Origin: an uncultured virus (IMG/VR IMGVR_UViG_3300025626_000022)
Lineage: Duplodnaviria; Heunggongvirae; Uroviricota; Caudoviricetes; Crassvirales
Virus record (IMG/VR): IMGVR_UViG_3300025626_000022
DNA length: 64,000 nt
Reading direction: 5' to 3' (one strand)
Part shown: piece by piece, positions 29,172-40,177 of the stretch
Position numbering within the stretch: position 1 is the stretch's first letter
Layout of the letters: every line of letters starts with the position of its first letter
Program-made: the position numbers and the translations under genes
The notes under the pieces: generated by a model
The model's input: the letters and a program-made list of their open reading frames with translations, nothing else
What the model was told of the DNA's origin: nothing
Databases searched by the model: none

Positions 29172-29870
29172 TTAACTTTTTTGATTTGCATTTTCTTGAG
29201 CTATTTGACCAGCGGCGGCTTGTACAATGCTTTGGTCTCTAATAACTACTCCAGCATACATTAGTATACTTAGTATTAATTCTGTTTGATCAGTATCGTC
29301 TATTTCAAAATCTACAGGATTTATAGAGTTAAACTCACCTAAACTACCAACAACATAGTTCCATTGAGGACTTGATGGCTTTCTTACATAGAAAGCATTG
29401 ATTTTATCATTTGATATAGTTGGATAAACATTTATATTCGTCTGAGTACCGCTACTATTAACTACATAAACTGGAAAGTCTAAAGTAGGTTTTGTTAATT
29501 TAGATTTGTTTATTAAATTGTAATCGTGTTGAGTTAGTTGTTGAAGTTCTCTATCATTTTCTGTATAAGTTAAAGTTCCTAACCTATGAATAACAGCGTT
29601 ATAACCTCCAGAATTGGTTACTTGCGTTAAAGTATTGTTTACTTCAAACTGTTGTATTTTTTCTTGTAGTGTTTTAACTCTATTAGCATATTCACTATCA
29701 TTTTCTGGCATTCTTAAAGCTTGATTTAAATCTTCAAAGTATTTTTCAAATATACCTAATTGAGCTTGAGTAGCCATTTTATTAAACTCTTCTGGAGTTA
29801 TATAGCCTCTTTGTTCTTTATTAAGTATTAATAAGACTGTTTTATATACAGTGTCTACGCTTATTGCCAT
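29172..29870 (-). CDS. Tail ring/head-tail connector protein
   Basis: LILNKEQRGYITPEEFN...YVRKPSSPQW, crAss-like ring protein pattern. Confidence 0.6.
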   Translation of the reverse strand: MAISVDTVYKTVLLILNKEQRGYITPEEFNKMATQAQLGIFEKYFEDLNQALRMPENDSEYANRVKTLQEKIQQFEVNNTLTQVTNSGGYNAVIHRLGTLTYTENDRELQQLTQHDYNLINKSKLTKPTLDFPVYVVNSSGTQTNINVYPTISNDKINAFYVRKPSSPQWNYVVGSLGEFNSINPVDFEIDDTDQTELILSILMYAGVVIRDQSIVQAAAGQIAQENANQKS

Positions 29871-29882
29871 TTTTAATATTTT

Positions 29883-29913
29883 AAAAAAAAAAGGTGGTGA
29901 TTAGACCACCTTT
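29883..29913 (-). terminator. Intrinsic terminator
   Basis: Minus strand AAAGGTGGT-ctaatc-ACCACC followed by T10. Confidence 0.8.
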
Positions 29914-29927
29914 ATTATAATCACTTG

Positions 29928-30710
29928 TTATTTAAGTTTTTTCTCTATAGAATTAAAAACTTCAAGTCCTTCATCAGTTTTAAACCAAGCGGCTAATGCT
30001 GAGTAAGGATGTTCATCGAAAGGAACATTAAATAATTTCCTATTGTTACTACCCCAAGAAAATGTTCTGTTATCTCCAGATAATGTTAATATACCTTGCT
30101 CTACAGCCACAATACCTAAGTTTCTTAACTGCACATTTTGATCAGTTGCTAAATCAACAAAGATACTTGGGTTGTTTTTAGCAAATATTAAAGCATCTCT
30201 TTTAAGTTCTTTAGTACTTATGTTACTAACATTGCTACCCATTTCAACTCTCATTATAGCCTCTAAATGATCTATTTCTAGATTTTGTGCTAAGTTTAAA
30301 GCTTCGATTTCCATTTCTATATTTTCAACTTCGTTTGAAGCTATTTGTCTTGGATCATGCTCATAAAACATTTTGTTACACTGAGGATGTAGAGTTAAAA
30401 ACTTTTGCAAAGTTGTTTCTTCTTTATTAACTTGTAAGAATCCTTTTTCAAATATAACATGTTTTAAAGTAACTGGACCATCTTGTTCATCTACAAATAT
30501 AGACTTTTGATTAGTAGCATATCTTAGTTCTCTATTGTATCCTTTTTCTTGGTCAAACCAAAGTAATGGATACTTGTTAGTATGTCTAACTGGTATAGAA
30601 TATGTTAAAGGTTCAAAATTTCCTTTTAATATGTATCTTCGATCTTTCATTTGCCAACCATCAAATACATCTTTTTTTTCTGTTTTAGCTTTCGCTTTTG
30701 TTTTTTCCAT
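29928..30710 (-). CDS. Hypothetical protein of the head cluster
   Basis: 260-aa ORF between two terminators. Confidence 0.6.
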   Translation of the reverse strand: MEKTKAKAKTEKKDVFDGWQMKDRRYILKGNFEPLTYSIPVRHTNKYPLLWFDQEKGYNRELRYATNQKSIFVDEQDGPVTLKHVIFEKGFLQVNKEETTLQKFLTLHPQCNKMFYEHDPRQIASNEVENIEMEIEALNLAQNLEIDHLEAIMRVEMGSNVSNISTKELKRDALIFAKNNPSIFVDLATDQNVQLRNLGIVAVEQGILTLSGDNRTFSWGSNNRKLFNVPFDEHPYSALAAWFKTDEGLEVFNSIEKKLK

Positions 30711-30732
30711 AATATAATATAATATAATAATT

Positions 30733-30760
30733 AAAAAAGACCCCGCCGAAGCGGGATCTT
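30733..30760 (-). terminator. Intrinsic terminator with UUCG tetraloop after capsid/decoration genes
   Basis: Minus strand AAGATCCCGC-TTCG-GCGGGGTCTTTTTT. Confidence 0.88.
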
Positions 30761-30772
30761 GTTATTGTTTGA

Positions 30773-31429
30773 CTACGATATAATAGTCGGGTTTTTTCCG
30801 TAAGCAATTGATTCCACTTCCGCTCCAGCAAACCAAGCAACAACAGGTTGCGAGTTTACAGCAGCAGCAGCTTTAGCTATAGCTTCTGAAATAGAAGCTA
30901 TACAATTAGCTTCGTCATATTTAAGATCTGAAAAAGTAACTGTCCATCCAGCAAATTGTGAATGAATGTTAGTATTATCACCACTAGCCACTTTAGTTGA
31001 AATAAATAACTTATTGTCAACAATAGTAGTTGCATCTGATAGTACATTTTCAACAGATATTATGTCATCAATTGGTATTAACTGTTCTGATCCAGCATCT
31101 GCATCAACAGGAGATAAATCATTAGCTTCTAACGTGATAACAACATCAGTTGATCCACCAATAACAGAGCTAGCAAAAGTAAGTGTATCACCTGCTTTAT
31201 AACCATCACCACCATTAGTTGCTGTAGCAACTGTAACAACTCCAGCTACAACAGTTAAAGCAACAACAGCGCTAATTCCACCACCACTAGTAGTGAAAGT
31301 TTTAGCTCCACCAGTAACAGTAGTTGCATCACTACTATTAGTAGTAATAGAAGCAGTTAAACCACCAGTTGTAGTTAACATCGCTCTTCCTGGATTAGCA
31401 GAAATAGGCATTTTTATATAATTACTCAT
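30773..31429 (-). CDS. Putative capsid decoration/auxiliary protein
   Basis: Gly/Thr-rich, GGDGYKAGDTLT; N-terminus MSNYIKMPI similar to neighbour's MSYIKLPL. Confidence 0.5.
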   Translation of the reverse strand: MSNYIKMPISANPGRAMLTTTGGLTASITTNSSDATTVTGGAKTFTTSGGGISAVVALTVVAGVVTVATATNGGDGYKAGDTLTFASSVIGGSTDVVITLEANDLSPVDADAGSEQLIPIDDIISVENVLSDATTIVDNKLFISTKVASGDNTNIHSQFAGWTVTFSDLKYDEANCIASISEAIAKAAAAVNSQPVVAWFAGAEVESIAYGKNPTIIS

Positions 31430-31439
31430 ATTCTATGTT

Positions 31440-31778
31440 TTAAGCAGGGTTATTAGATTTAGCTTCTACACCTCTACCAGCTGACTTAGAAAAAACTTTA
31501 GCTTCTGATAAAAGATTAAACGTAGGTACATTTCCCTCTTGTTGGTTTACTTCTGCTATTAATTTTTGTAAATTAACAACATCAGCTGCAACAACAGTTC
31601 CATCGTACGTGATACTAACTCTTAAATAATCGTCTCCTGTAGAACTAGGAGAAGTATAGTATAAGTGTATAACATCAGAACCCGAAAGTTCTAATTCATA
31701 CACACCATCTACATTACATACAATGTAATTTTGTAGAGGATTTGTTGTCCCTTTTAAAGGAAGTTTAATATAACTCAT
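31440..31778 (-). CDS. Putative capsid decoration/auxiliary protein
   Basis: Directly downstream of major capsid gene. Confidence 0.5.
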   Translation of the reverse strand: MSYIKLPLKGTTNPLQNYIVCNVDGVYELELSGSDVIHLYYTSPSSTGDDYLRVSITYDGTVVAADVVNLQKLIAEVNQQEGNVPTFNLLSEAKVFSKSAGRGVEAKSNNPA

Positions 31779-31804
31779 AATTTGTATGTTTAGAGGTTAA
31801 AAAA

Positions 31805-33301
31805 TTACGCAGCCTTAAACAATACAAAATTATTTGCAGCTTGTGTTACTAAACATCTTTCAGATAAGAAGTGTACTGACATTGCATCTAAACCAGAAGT
31901 ATAAGCTCCACCTACAGATCCAGTGATCCAAGACTTGTATCTTCTATCTTCAGTTTCAGAAGCTCTATATCTTACATGTAAGAAAGGACGTCTAATATTA
32001 ACACCCATCATTTGATCGTATACTGTAGTTGTTCCGGCAGGAATCATTACGCCATCAATAGCTTTAGATAAACCTCTTGTAGATGCGTCGTTTAAGTATT
32101 TCCAATCAGTCTTGTAGAAGTCATAAGAACCTCTTCTAAAACCAGAAAATCCAAAATTCAATGCCATTTCAGACTCATTGTCAAAAAGACCATAAGAAGC
32201 TGAAGCAGTTGAACCATAACCACCACCGGCCATAGCGCCGATCATATCATCAAAATCAAGAGCAGTAGATCTATTTAAGAATAACATGTTTTCTTCAATA
32301 GCTCCTTGCTTATCTAATTGTTGTAGTATAACATCAAAGTCACCTAATGCACCAGCTCCAGGAGCAGCAGCACCAGAAAAACCAGAATATACATTACCTC
32401 TTGCTTCGATAGCAGAAAATAAACCTTCAGATCCACTAACTTGAATACCACCAGCTCCAACTGTTCCGTCATATTTGAAATCGTAACCAGCTTTTTCAGA
32501 TTCAACCATCATCATTTCTAAATAGTCATCAAATCTTAGTCTTGTTTCAGACTCAGACTTTAAATACCATAAGTATCCAGATGTTCCATCTTCAGTAGCA
32601 ACTTCAACCCAACCAATTTGTGCAGTGTCAGAACCGTTTATCTCAAAGTGATCTTTAAGAATAACAGGGTTATTGCTAAATTGAGTAAAGTTTGGCTGAA
32701 TAGCACCTTTCATAGCGTCAGTACCTTTTCCAAAATCAGAACCGTATACAAATAAGCTACATGGTCCAGTTGCTAAAGTTGCATTTACAGTAGCGCTGTC
32801 ATAAGGTATAGCATCTATTTGATTAGCAGCACCAGTGTAAGCTCCACCATCTGATTTTCCAGATATTGTAGATCCTACAACTAACATCTTCTGAGTAATA
32901 AGACCAGTTGCATTGTCAGAAACTAAAATAGTTTGACCAGTTCTTACAGCTGGATTAGTAGCAAGAGTGCTAGCCATGTTAATAGTAATTCTACTAGAAC
33001 CATTTTCACCACCACCTTGAGTGATACTTGTAACAGCATCATAAGCTACGTGTAATCTATTTTGTTCAGACCAAATAACTTGATCAGATGTCATTGGCAT
33101 CTCAGCACCAACCATTCTCAAGAAACCAGACAAAGTTCTGTTTCCGTATCTTTCTACCTCTTGCTCATAAAGCTCAGGTAAGTATTGCTGTGCAAAATCA
33201 TTTTGTCCACCTGTGAAGTCTAAGTAATTAGACTCTAAAGCTAACTTTTTTTGAGAAGGCACAATTTTTGCAGGGAAAGACCCTGTATTTGTAAAACCCA
33301 T
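31805..33301 (-). CDS. Major capsid protein
   Basis: 498 aa after scaffold/portal; QQYLPELYEQEVERYGNR, WSEQNRLH, LNFGFSGFRRGSYDFYKTDWKYLND, FLSERCL. Confidence 0.8.
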   Translation of the reverse strand: MGFTNTGSFPAKIVPSQKKLALESNYLDFTGGQNDFAQQYLPELYEQEVERYGNRTLSGFLRMVGAEMPMTSDQVIWSEQNRLHVAYDAVTSITQGGGENGSSRITINMASTLATNPAVRTGQTILVSDNATGLITQKMLVVGSTISGKSDGGAYTGAANQIDAIPYDSATVNATLATGPCSLFVYGSDFGKGTDAMKGAIQPNFTQFSNNPVILKDHFEINGSDTAQIGWVEVATEDGTSGYLWYLKSESETRLRFDDYLEMMMVESEKAGYDFKYDGTVGAGGIQVSGSEGLFSAIEARGNVYSGFSGAAAPGAGALGDFDVILQQLDKQGAIEENMLFLNRSTALDFDDMIGAMAGGGYGSTASASYGLFDNESEMALNFGFSGFRRGSYDFYKTDWKYLNDASTRGLSKAIDGVMIPAGTTTVYDQMMGVNIRRPFLHVRYRASETEDRRYKSWITGSVGGAYTSGLDAMSVHFLSERCLVTQAANNFVLFKAA

Positions 33302-33312
33302 TTTTTTAGTTT

Positions 33313-34443
33313 TTATTTATTTGTTATTTTTCTTTTTATTTTTAACTTAGAACTATCATTACCTGTTATTGCTTTAACTTTTAACCCGTTTATAAAAATA
33401 TCACCACTAGCACTAGGTCTAGGTGTGTTGTCTATATTTTTAGATTTAGATATTAAGTCTTTAGTACCGTCAGCCACACCTTGTTCGTAAAAGTGTTTAG
33501 CTATAGTATCAGCATTACTAGCAGTGTAAAGAGCTTTATGGTATGCCTGTACATCAGATATTTGTCCATCTTTATCAAGAAACCTTCTCAAAAAATTATC
33601 TAGATTAGACTGATCTTGGCTAACTTTTTCATTATTAATTCCATATCTAAAACTTTTTTCTCCTACGTCAAATTTAAAACCTTTAAATTCATTGTCATTG
33701 AATAAGTCACTAGTTCTTTTTTGGAATCTTTCTGAAATAGTTTTTGTTCTTTGTTGTTCTTCGTTATATCTATTGAAAAAATCCATTGCTTTTTGTTGCT
33801 CCTGAGTAGCGCCCGGTCTCAACTTGATCTCGTCGTAATATTTACTCTTGGTTTCTTCCAAAAAGTTTCTGGCTTTTGCAATTTCTTCTTTACGAGCTAC
33901 TTGTTTTTTCTTTATTGTTCGCTCGTCTTCAACCTCATCATCAAAATAAAAATTATCTTCTAATATAAAGTTAATCTCTTCTTGATTTAAATGTGGCTTA
34001 GTTTTTTTATAGTACTCATTAAGTAAGGCTTCTTCATTTATATTTTTATAATCAGCATTTAATCTTACGTAATCTTCTAAAGTACCACCTGTGTCATTCA
34101 TAAAACCTATCAACTTTTCTACATTTTCAGGTAGTTTAACTTCTGGTTCTGTTTTTTTAACAGGTTCTTCAATTTCTTTTTTAACTTCTTCTTCTTTGAC
34201 TACTTCTTCCATTATTGGTTTTTCGTCAACTTTTTCTTCATTAGTTTTATCAACTTGTTTCTCTTCAACCTTTTTCTCTTCAACTTGCTTGTTTAAAACA
34301 ACTTCTTCTTCTTTAGGTTTTTCGTCTTCTTTTTTAGATAAATCTAATTTTGTTACACTATTTTTTTTGTTAAGTGTTTTAGGTCTTCCGGGTTTCTTTT
34401 TAATTTTAAATTCGCCCTCTTGTTGTACTTCTTCTTTGTTCAT
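33313..34443 (-). CDS. Putative capsid scaffolding protein
   Basis: Glu/Lys-rich disordered N-terminus, helical C-terminus, between portal and MCP. Confidence 0.65.
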   Translation of the reverse strand: MNKEEVQQEGEFKIKKKPGRPKTLNKKNSVTKLDLSKKEDEKPKEEEVVLNKQVEEKKVEEKQVDKTNEEKVDEKPIMEEVVKEEEVKKEIEEPVKKTEPEVKLPENVEKLIGFMNDTGGTLEDYVRLNADYKNINEEALLNEYYKKTKPHLNQEEINFILEDNFYFDDEVEDERTIKKKQVARKEEIAKARNFLEETKSKYYDEIKLRPGATQEQQKAMDFFNRYNEEQQRTKTISERFQKRTSDLFNDNEFKGFKFDVGEKSFRYGINNEKVSQDQSNLDNFLRRFLDKDGQISDVQAYHKALYTASNADTIAKHFYEQGVADGTKDLISKSKNIDNTPRPSASGDIFINGLKVKAITGNDSSKLKIKRKITNK

Positions 34444-34460
34444 AATATATAATATAATAA

Positions 34461-36902
34461 TTAACTAGTACCCATCATAGATTGTGCTAGTTCTACGGGG
34501 TTGTCTTGATCGGCTTCAAAGTCAATTGGCATTTCTTTGTTTTGTCTTTGCCCAATCATAGCTGACTGTTGTGTTCCAACTATTTTAGCTCTTTTGTCTT
34601 TTCTGTTTTCTATTTCACCTTCTTTGGCTTTTTCTCTTTGACCTATTATTTCTTCTTTTTGTAAAATAGCTTGAGTTTTAATTTGTTCTAATTGCATGTC
34701 GTAGCCAAACTGAATTTCCATTATACCTCTTTTTATTTCTGCTTCAGCTTGTATTTTTTGAATACTAAATTCAGATTTTCCTTTTTCAACTTGCAGTTGT
34801 GTTTGTGCTAAAGCTTCTTGCTTTTGAACCTCTGCCATAGCTGATCTTTCTGAAGCTTCTGCGTTGGCTTGTGCTTGGGCTTGTATATTAGCTTGTTGAG
34901 CAGCTTGATCTTCTTTTGCTTTTTGCTTTCTTCTTACTTTTATTAACTGGTTAGCTAGCTTTAAATTATGAATTTGCCTTATATCTATAGCATCTTCTAA
35001 AGTTATGTTTTGCTGTTGTAAGGCTACTTGTATGTTTTGTTCTAATTGAGCTTTTTCTTCTTCATCTGGAACTAATTCTAAAAATATACCAAAATCATAT
35101 AAGTGTAAGTTAAATATATCTTCTAAAGTTCCAGTATTATAAGAACTTATAGCTGACTTTAAAGCTTCATTAGTTAATTCAAATTCTAAGGTGTCCGCGA
35201 TTCTACAGGCAATATTTTCGCATGTTTTTATAGTTAAATATAAACTTGCATTTAATATATGTTTTGTAGCTGTATTAGAATTAGCCGCAGCTAGTTTTTG
35301 TAAGCCAACTAATGAGTCTTTACCTGGTTGACTACCATCTCTAGCTTCGTTAAGACCAGTTACGTCTCTTATTAATTGTAGGTAGTATTGATAAGTTTGT
35401 ATTAAAGAAGCTATTTTAGCTTGGCCACTAGAGCTAGAAAGCTCTTGTATTGGAACTTTGCCGTGGTTTAAATCACCATCTTGAGTCATTGATCTACCTA
35501 CAATAGAACCAGTCTGAAAATACATATTTAAAGCTTCCTGAGGATTATATGTAGTTCCATTGCCTAAATCAACCTCTGCTAAACCATCTACATCAACAAA
35601 AACTCCATCAGGAACTATTCTGGCTAAAACTTGTTGCAGTTTTAAGTGAGTTAATTGTATCATATCAGCAAATCCTGTTACTCTACTAACTAAAGACTCT
35701 ATTCTTCCTTTGTACATTTTAGGTGCACATATAGAATAATTCATGTTAACTTTTGTAAGATTTGAAGAAGGTCTTGTCATGTTCTTAGACATTTCCCAGC
35801 TTAACATCTCATCATGGCCAAGTATTTTAGCGCCACTATACAAAACCTCTATAGATCTAGATACTCTATCAAAATTATCAGTTTTTTCTGGGTTAAAAGC
35901 GTCAGTTTTTTCTAAAGCTTTTTCTAAACCATTGGCCGTATGCTTTATTTTAAAAACTTGCTCACTAAAAGTTTTGTATTCAAAATACAACACATAAACC
36001 ATATTCCCATCATTTCTAGCATCCCAATTATACATTATGTTGCTATTACCTGGGTATTTTTCAATTCTTTTTAAATCTTCAGCGGTTAAATTTGGAAATT
36101 CTTTTTTAAGTTCTGATAGTGTTATAGGCTTTACTTCTCCAACGTACCATATGTCTTGAAAATTTGGATCATCAGTATATGAATATATAAGTCTAGAGGG
36201 ATCAACGTAATCTATTTTTATTCCATTTGATCTATTCCAAGAAGTTTTAACAGCACCAATACCTAGTATAGTTAAGTCTTCATTAAATCTTCTTCTAACT
36301 AAGTCATATTTATTAAAGTCTAAAACAGTGTTTATAGCTTCTTCTTCTGCTATTTCTACAGATTGCTTGTAGTCAAGCTGCATGTGCAGGTTTAGTTCTT
36401 CTTGATTTTGAGGTAGGTCTTCTGGGTTTTCTGTAGAATATAAATCTATATTTAAAGCGCCTTTTATATTACCTAAAAAAGCATCAGCCTGCATATCTCT
36501 TAATATTGATTCTGCATAAGCTGTTCTCTTTTTTAATGAAGCTGGATCTTGAGCATAAGCTTTTATATCGTATAATCTATCAGACATGCCATTAACAACT
36601 ATATCCACGAATTTAGGTATTATAGGTATAGGCTTCCAGTCTAAATTAAGATAAGATAAATCACCATTTATAGAAAGTTCGTCTTTATATTTCTGTACAG
36701 GTTGTTCGCCTCTGGCATATAGTCTTAATGTTCTGAAATTGTTGTAATTGTAATTGTACCTATTTGTTACTCCAGTTCTAGTACCACTAAACCAGTCAGT
36801 TTCAATTGCTTTACCAACTTTCCGTCCATAATCTAAACTTGCTTTAACTTCATCAGATACTACCTGATCAGGGAAAATACTAAAACTCTCTGTGTTTATC
36901 AT
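34461..36902 (-). CDS. Portal protein
   Basis: 813 aa directly downstream of terminase; IPKFVDIVVNGM, IRDVTGLNEARDG, C-terminal Gln/Ala coiled-coil barrel. Confidence 0.82.
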   Translation of the reverse strand: MINTESFSIFPDQVVSDEVKASLDYGRKVGKAIETDWFSGTRTGVTNRYNYNYNNFRTLRLYARGEQPVQKYKDELSINGDLSYLNLDWKPIPIIPKFVDIVVNGMSDRLYDIKAYAQDPASLKKRTAYAESILRDMQADAFLGNIKGALNIDLYSTENPEDLPQNQEELNLHMQLDYKQSVEIAEEEAINTVLDFNKYDLVRRRFNEDLTILGIGAVKTSWNRSNGIKIDYVDPSRLIYSYTDDPNFQDIWYVGEVKPITLSELKKEFPNLTAEDLKRIEKYPGNSNIMYNWDARNDGNMVYVLYFEYKTFSEQVFKIKHTANGLEKALEKTDAFNPEKTDNFDRVSRSIEVLYSGAKILGHDEMLSWEMSKNMTRPSSNLTKVNMNYSICAPKMYKGRIESLVSRVTGFADMIQLTHLKLQQVLARIVPDGVFVDVDGLAEVDLGNGTTYNPQEALNMYFQTGSIVGRSMTQDGDLNHGKVPIQELSSSSGQAKIASLIQTYQYYLQLIRDVTGLNEARDGSQPGKDSLVGLQKLAAANSNTATKHILNASLYLTIKTCENIACRIADTLEFELTNEALKSAISSYNTGTLEDIFNLHLYDFGIFLELVPDEEEKAQLEQNIQVALQQQNITLEDAIDIRQIHNLKLANQLIKVRRKQKAKEDQAAQQANIQAQAQANAEASERSAMAEVQKQEALAQTQLQVEKGKSEFSIQKIQAEAEIKRGIMEIQFGYDMQLEQIKTQAILQKEEIIGQREKAKEGEIENRKDKRAKIVGTQQSAMIGQRQNKEMPIDFEADQDNPVELAQSMMGTS

Positions 36903-39128
36903 TTATTTAATTATTTGTGAAAAATCTCCTTGATTGTTATATTTTTTAATTCCTAAATTAATAGATCTTGTAGTTCTATCTAAGTTTGGCTTATACTTGT
37001 TTTTATTACAAGCCATTATAGCTAGTCCAGAACTAATAGAAGCATCGTGCTTAGTTCTATTATTTATATTAAAAGTAGCCCAATCTTCTAATGTTGGTTG
37101 GTGGAACATGTCCCCATAACTTTCATCTATTCTACCTACATAATTACTTATGTAAGTTTCAATCGCAGCAGCGTGTGCTTGCTTAATATCTTCTCCTGAA
37201 TTAGGTATTCCACCTACTTCTTTTTCAGCAACAGACAGCTTATTCCATATTTTATCAGGCCGATTTATAGAAAAACCTCTATAACCTCTACGTTTGAAAT
37301 AATATAGTAATCTAGGCTTGTTATTCTCAGCTAATATTGGCATGCCATAAAAAACACAAGCCATTAAAACATCTTCAAAAAATATTTCAGCTGTTTCTGG
37401 TCTCGCTATATACTCTAAAAAAAAGTGATTAGGAGGAGCTGCTTCCATGCTGAACTTTGTTAACCCATGAAGTGATCCCTTAGAGCCGCGACCATCAACA
37501 GTACCACTAATATCATAAGAATCACAACCAAACGCTCCAACGTGTTCATTTCCAGGAAACTTTTTACCATCTTTTAATATAACTCTGTTTTGCAAAGTAG
37601 AATCTGGAAACCAACTTATATTAAACCTACCATTATTACTAGGTATGAAAATAACTTTCGTATCTTTAACACCATTAGACCATTGAAAATTACCTTTTGC
37701 AATTTTTTTGATATTATTAACACCTTCGTTGTAATCTATTTGTTCATATATTTTAACAAGGTTGAATAAAGATTCTTTTGTTTCATCTCTAAATGCATGT
37801 TTCTCTGTTCTAGGAAACTGTCTATAAAATTCGTTTAATCCGTCTTGATCTTCTTTTAATCCTTCTGCTTCGTTCTCCCAATGTTCTATTACTCCGATTT
37901 CAACTGGGAGACCATCGATTCCGTAGACTTTATCTTTTGGCGTAAGAAATACAGGTGATCCATAAGTATCCATGTATCCTTCGTAGTTCCACTCCATAGG
38001 GATGAAAAGAGAATACAGTCCAGAAGATGTTTGTCCGTTTCGATTTCTTTTTGTAACATCTGAATTGTTGTATAGTTTTTTAAAATTGTTTCCACCTTTG
38101 TCTAACGCATTTGAAGTAGAGCCCATCATACACTTTCCTACGATTCTTCTTCCTAATCTTAATGTAGTTTTAGTAACTCTCCAGTTGTTTAATATATTAT
38201 CGGGTCTTTCCCATTTACCACTCTCATCGTGAGCTAATAGTTTTAGCTTTTCACCATCGTAAGAGTTATCACCTGTGTTTTTCCAGTCAATAGTTGTATC
38301 AAGCCCGTCTAACTCTCTAAGCTGTTCATTCGACTCAAGCTTTCTTCTAGTAAGTTTAGATGCTGGAACACGATATGCCAATTCAGTCTTCGGCCTGTCC
38401 ATACCATCTTGAATGGGTTTAAAGAAAAACGGGTAGTTGACTGATATAGGTACAACTTTATCGGTGAACATTTTCTTCGCATCAGAACCGGACTTTGAAA
38501 GTATTCCAAATCTAGCATCGCTAGATATTGTAGCTTGGTTGACAAGCTCTGCGCTTGACATAAAAGAAAATCCAGATCGTCTATTTTTGAGGTAACACAT
38601 TCCGTAACATCTTGTGTCTGCTTTACATGCTTCCCAAAATATGAAGAATAACCTGTTTGACTCTCTATAGTCTGGTGCTCCAATATCAATTTTTGACCAT
38701 TGCAAATACATGTAATGAGTACCAGTGATATAAGTAATTTCGCCTTTAATATAAAACCAGTAACCTTGATCTCTTTTGGTAAATTCTTCATCTATATAAT
38801 CATACCATTTTTCTTTAAAATCATTGTCATATTCTTCCCAGTCAAACCTACTTTTAATTCTACTTAATTCTTTTGGATAATCTTGCCTTTCCCAGTACTG
38901 TTCCGCTTTTTTTTCGCTTCGTTTAAACGGTTTATTTGTTGCCGGTAAAGCAATCCGGAGATTCTGTATTTCAATGATTTGTCCAATTTGTCCAGTTTTA
39001 CTTATTACTATAAAATCATAATCAGAGTTATAACCATACTTCCATTTTTTGAAACGATTTTGTTTCTTTAATATTTTAGGGTTAACAACGTCTTTTACCT
39101 CTTTCCATAGAGTTTGCTCGTAACTCAC
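36903..39128 (-). CDS. Terminase large subunit
   Basis: Walker A LKNRRSGFS, Walker B LLAHDESGKW, MMGST coupling motif, RNase H nuclease FGCDSYD...HDASIS. Confidence 0.9.
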   Translation of the reverse strand: MSYEQTLWKEVKDVVNPKILKKQNRFKKWKYGYNSDYDFIVISKTGQIGQIIEIQNLRIALPATNKPFKRSEKKAEQYWERQDYPKELSRIKSRFDWEEYDNDFKEKWYDYIDEEFTKRDQGYWFYIKGEITYITGTHYMYLQWSKIDIGAPDYRESNRLFFIFWEACKADTRCYGMCYLKNRRSGFSFMSSAELVNQATISSDARFGILSKSGSDAKKMFTDKVVPISVNYPFFFKPIQDGMDRPKTELAYRVPASKLTRRKLESNEQLRELDGLDTTIDWKNTGDNSYDGEKLKLLAHDESGKWERPDNILNNWRVTKTTLRLGRRIVGKCMMGSTSNALDKGGNNFKKLYNNSDVTKRNRNGQTSSGLYSLFIPMEWNYEGYMDTYGSPVFLTPKDKVYGIDGLPVEIGVIEHWENEAEGLKEDQDGLNEFYRQFPRTEKHAFRDETKESLFNLVKIYEQIDYNEGVNNIKKIAKGNFQWSNGVKDTKVIFIPSNNGRFNISWFPDSTLQNRVILKDGKKFPGNEHVGAFGCDSYDISGTVDGRGSKGSLHGLTKFSMEAAPPNHFFLEYIARPETAEIFFEDVLMACVFYGMPILAENNKPRLLYYFKRRGYRGFSINRPDKIWNKLSVAEKEVGGIPNSGEDIKQAHAAAIETYISNYVGRIDESYGDMFHQPTLEDWATFNINNRTKHDASISSGLAIMACNKNKYKPNLDRTTRSINLGIKKYNNQGDFSQIIK

Positions 39129-39400
39129 TTACTTCTCCCTTCTGCAAAGCCTTTAAACGATTTTTGATCTTTAACTTCTTTAGGTTTTTCGTTTAAAATA
39201 TCTTCTTCTACTTGTATTCTAGTCAATATTTCAAAAGCATCAAATATAGCTAGTTTCTTAGTTGCTGCAGCATTCTTTAATCTATCAGCGCTTACATCAT
39301 CGTCTGAGTCAACAATCTTTTCTTTTGCAACCTTAATAAGTTCCTCAACTGCTTTGTGCCCAGCTCGGATTATATTTTTTTTCGTTTCCTTTATGTTCAT
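39125..39400 (-). CDS. Putative terminase small subunit
   Basis: Small helical protein overlapping the TerL start. Confidence 0.45.
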   Translation of the reverse strand: MNIKETKKNIIRAGHKAVEELIKVAKEKIVDSDDDVSADRLKNAAATKKLAIFDAFEILTRIQVEEDILNEKPKEVKDQKSFKGFAEGRSK

Positions 39401-39950
39401 GGATTACGGCTATATTATTTGATTTCATACAGTAAAGTCGTTCTTTTTCTACAATAAACTCGAATTCAGAATCTGGAGAAAAAATAACTAAATCACCAAC
39501 ATTTACTTTTTTTAATTCTAAGGAGTCATTACAGTACTTAACTATACCTAATAGTTTTTTCTCTTTTGAATTGCTTAGAATTGAATTATCTTGCACTGGT
39601 GATACAAAACAATAGTTTAAATTACATTTAATTTTATTATCTTTTTTATATAGATATATTTGACTAGGAGAACAGAAATATAAATCATCTTTGAAATAAG
39701 TAGAACTGTTTCTTTCTCTACCTTTAGCATCATACCATCTTCTAAAAATGTTATGATGTATATAAACCTCATCTCCTACGTTGATACTTGTTTTAAAAGC
39801 TGCAGGAGTAGAAACTACTACAGCTTTCTTACTAACAAAAACGTGATCTTCTATTTTTGTATTTAAAACAAGTTCTTTGTTGTCAAATTTAATTTTATTT
39901 TCGTATCTATATTTTAAAGGTTTAACTATGAAATCATATAAAGACTTCAT
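39345..39950 (-). CDS. GroES-like protein (probably tandem domains)
   Basis: FIVKPL...AVVVSTP...INVGDEVYIHH and FVSPV...GIVKY...VNVGDLVIF...EFIVEKERLYCM, two GroES-like repeats. Confidence 0.5.
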   Translation of the reverse strand: MKSLYDFIVKPLKYRYENKIKFDNKELVLNTKIEDHVFVSKKAVVVSTPAAFKTSINVGDEVYIHHNIFRRWYDAKGRERNSSTYFKDDLYFCSPSQIYLYKKDNKIKCNLNYCFVSPVQDNSILSNSKEKKLLGIVKYCNDSLELKKVNVGDLVIFSPDSEFEFIVEKERLYCMKSNNIAVIHEHKGNEKKYNPSWAQSS

Positions 39951-40177
39951 TAATAAGTTAAATCATATTCCACAGACACAGCCATGTTTGAATTAAACTT
40001 TTTCCAAGGTATTATCTCTTCATCTTTTTTTATAAATATATTGTAAGAATTATCTTTGCTATCATGCATTATATTACATATAACATGTCCTCCATACACT
40101 TGCTGACTCAGTTGATAATGCATTGCATCATTTTTATAATCAGCTCCTATACTTATTTTTCTAATTAAATTAGACAT
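39950..40177 (-). CDS. Hypothetical protein
   Basis: 75-aa ORF coupled to neighbours. Confidence 0.6.
   Translation of the reverse strand: MSNLIRKISIGADYKNDAMHYQLSQQVYGGHVICNIMHDSKDNSYNIFIKKDEEIIPWKKFNSNMAVSVEYDLTY

Noticed and set aside
4282..39128. Introns or inteins in RNR, terminase or capsid genes
   Set aside because: ORFs are continuous, of expected size, and show no intein terminal motifs
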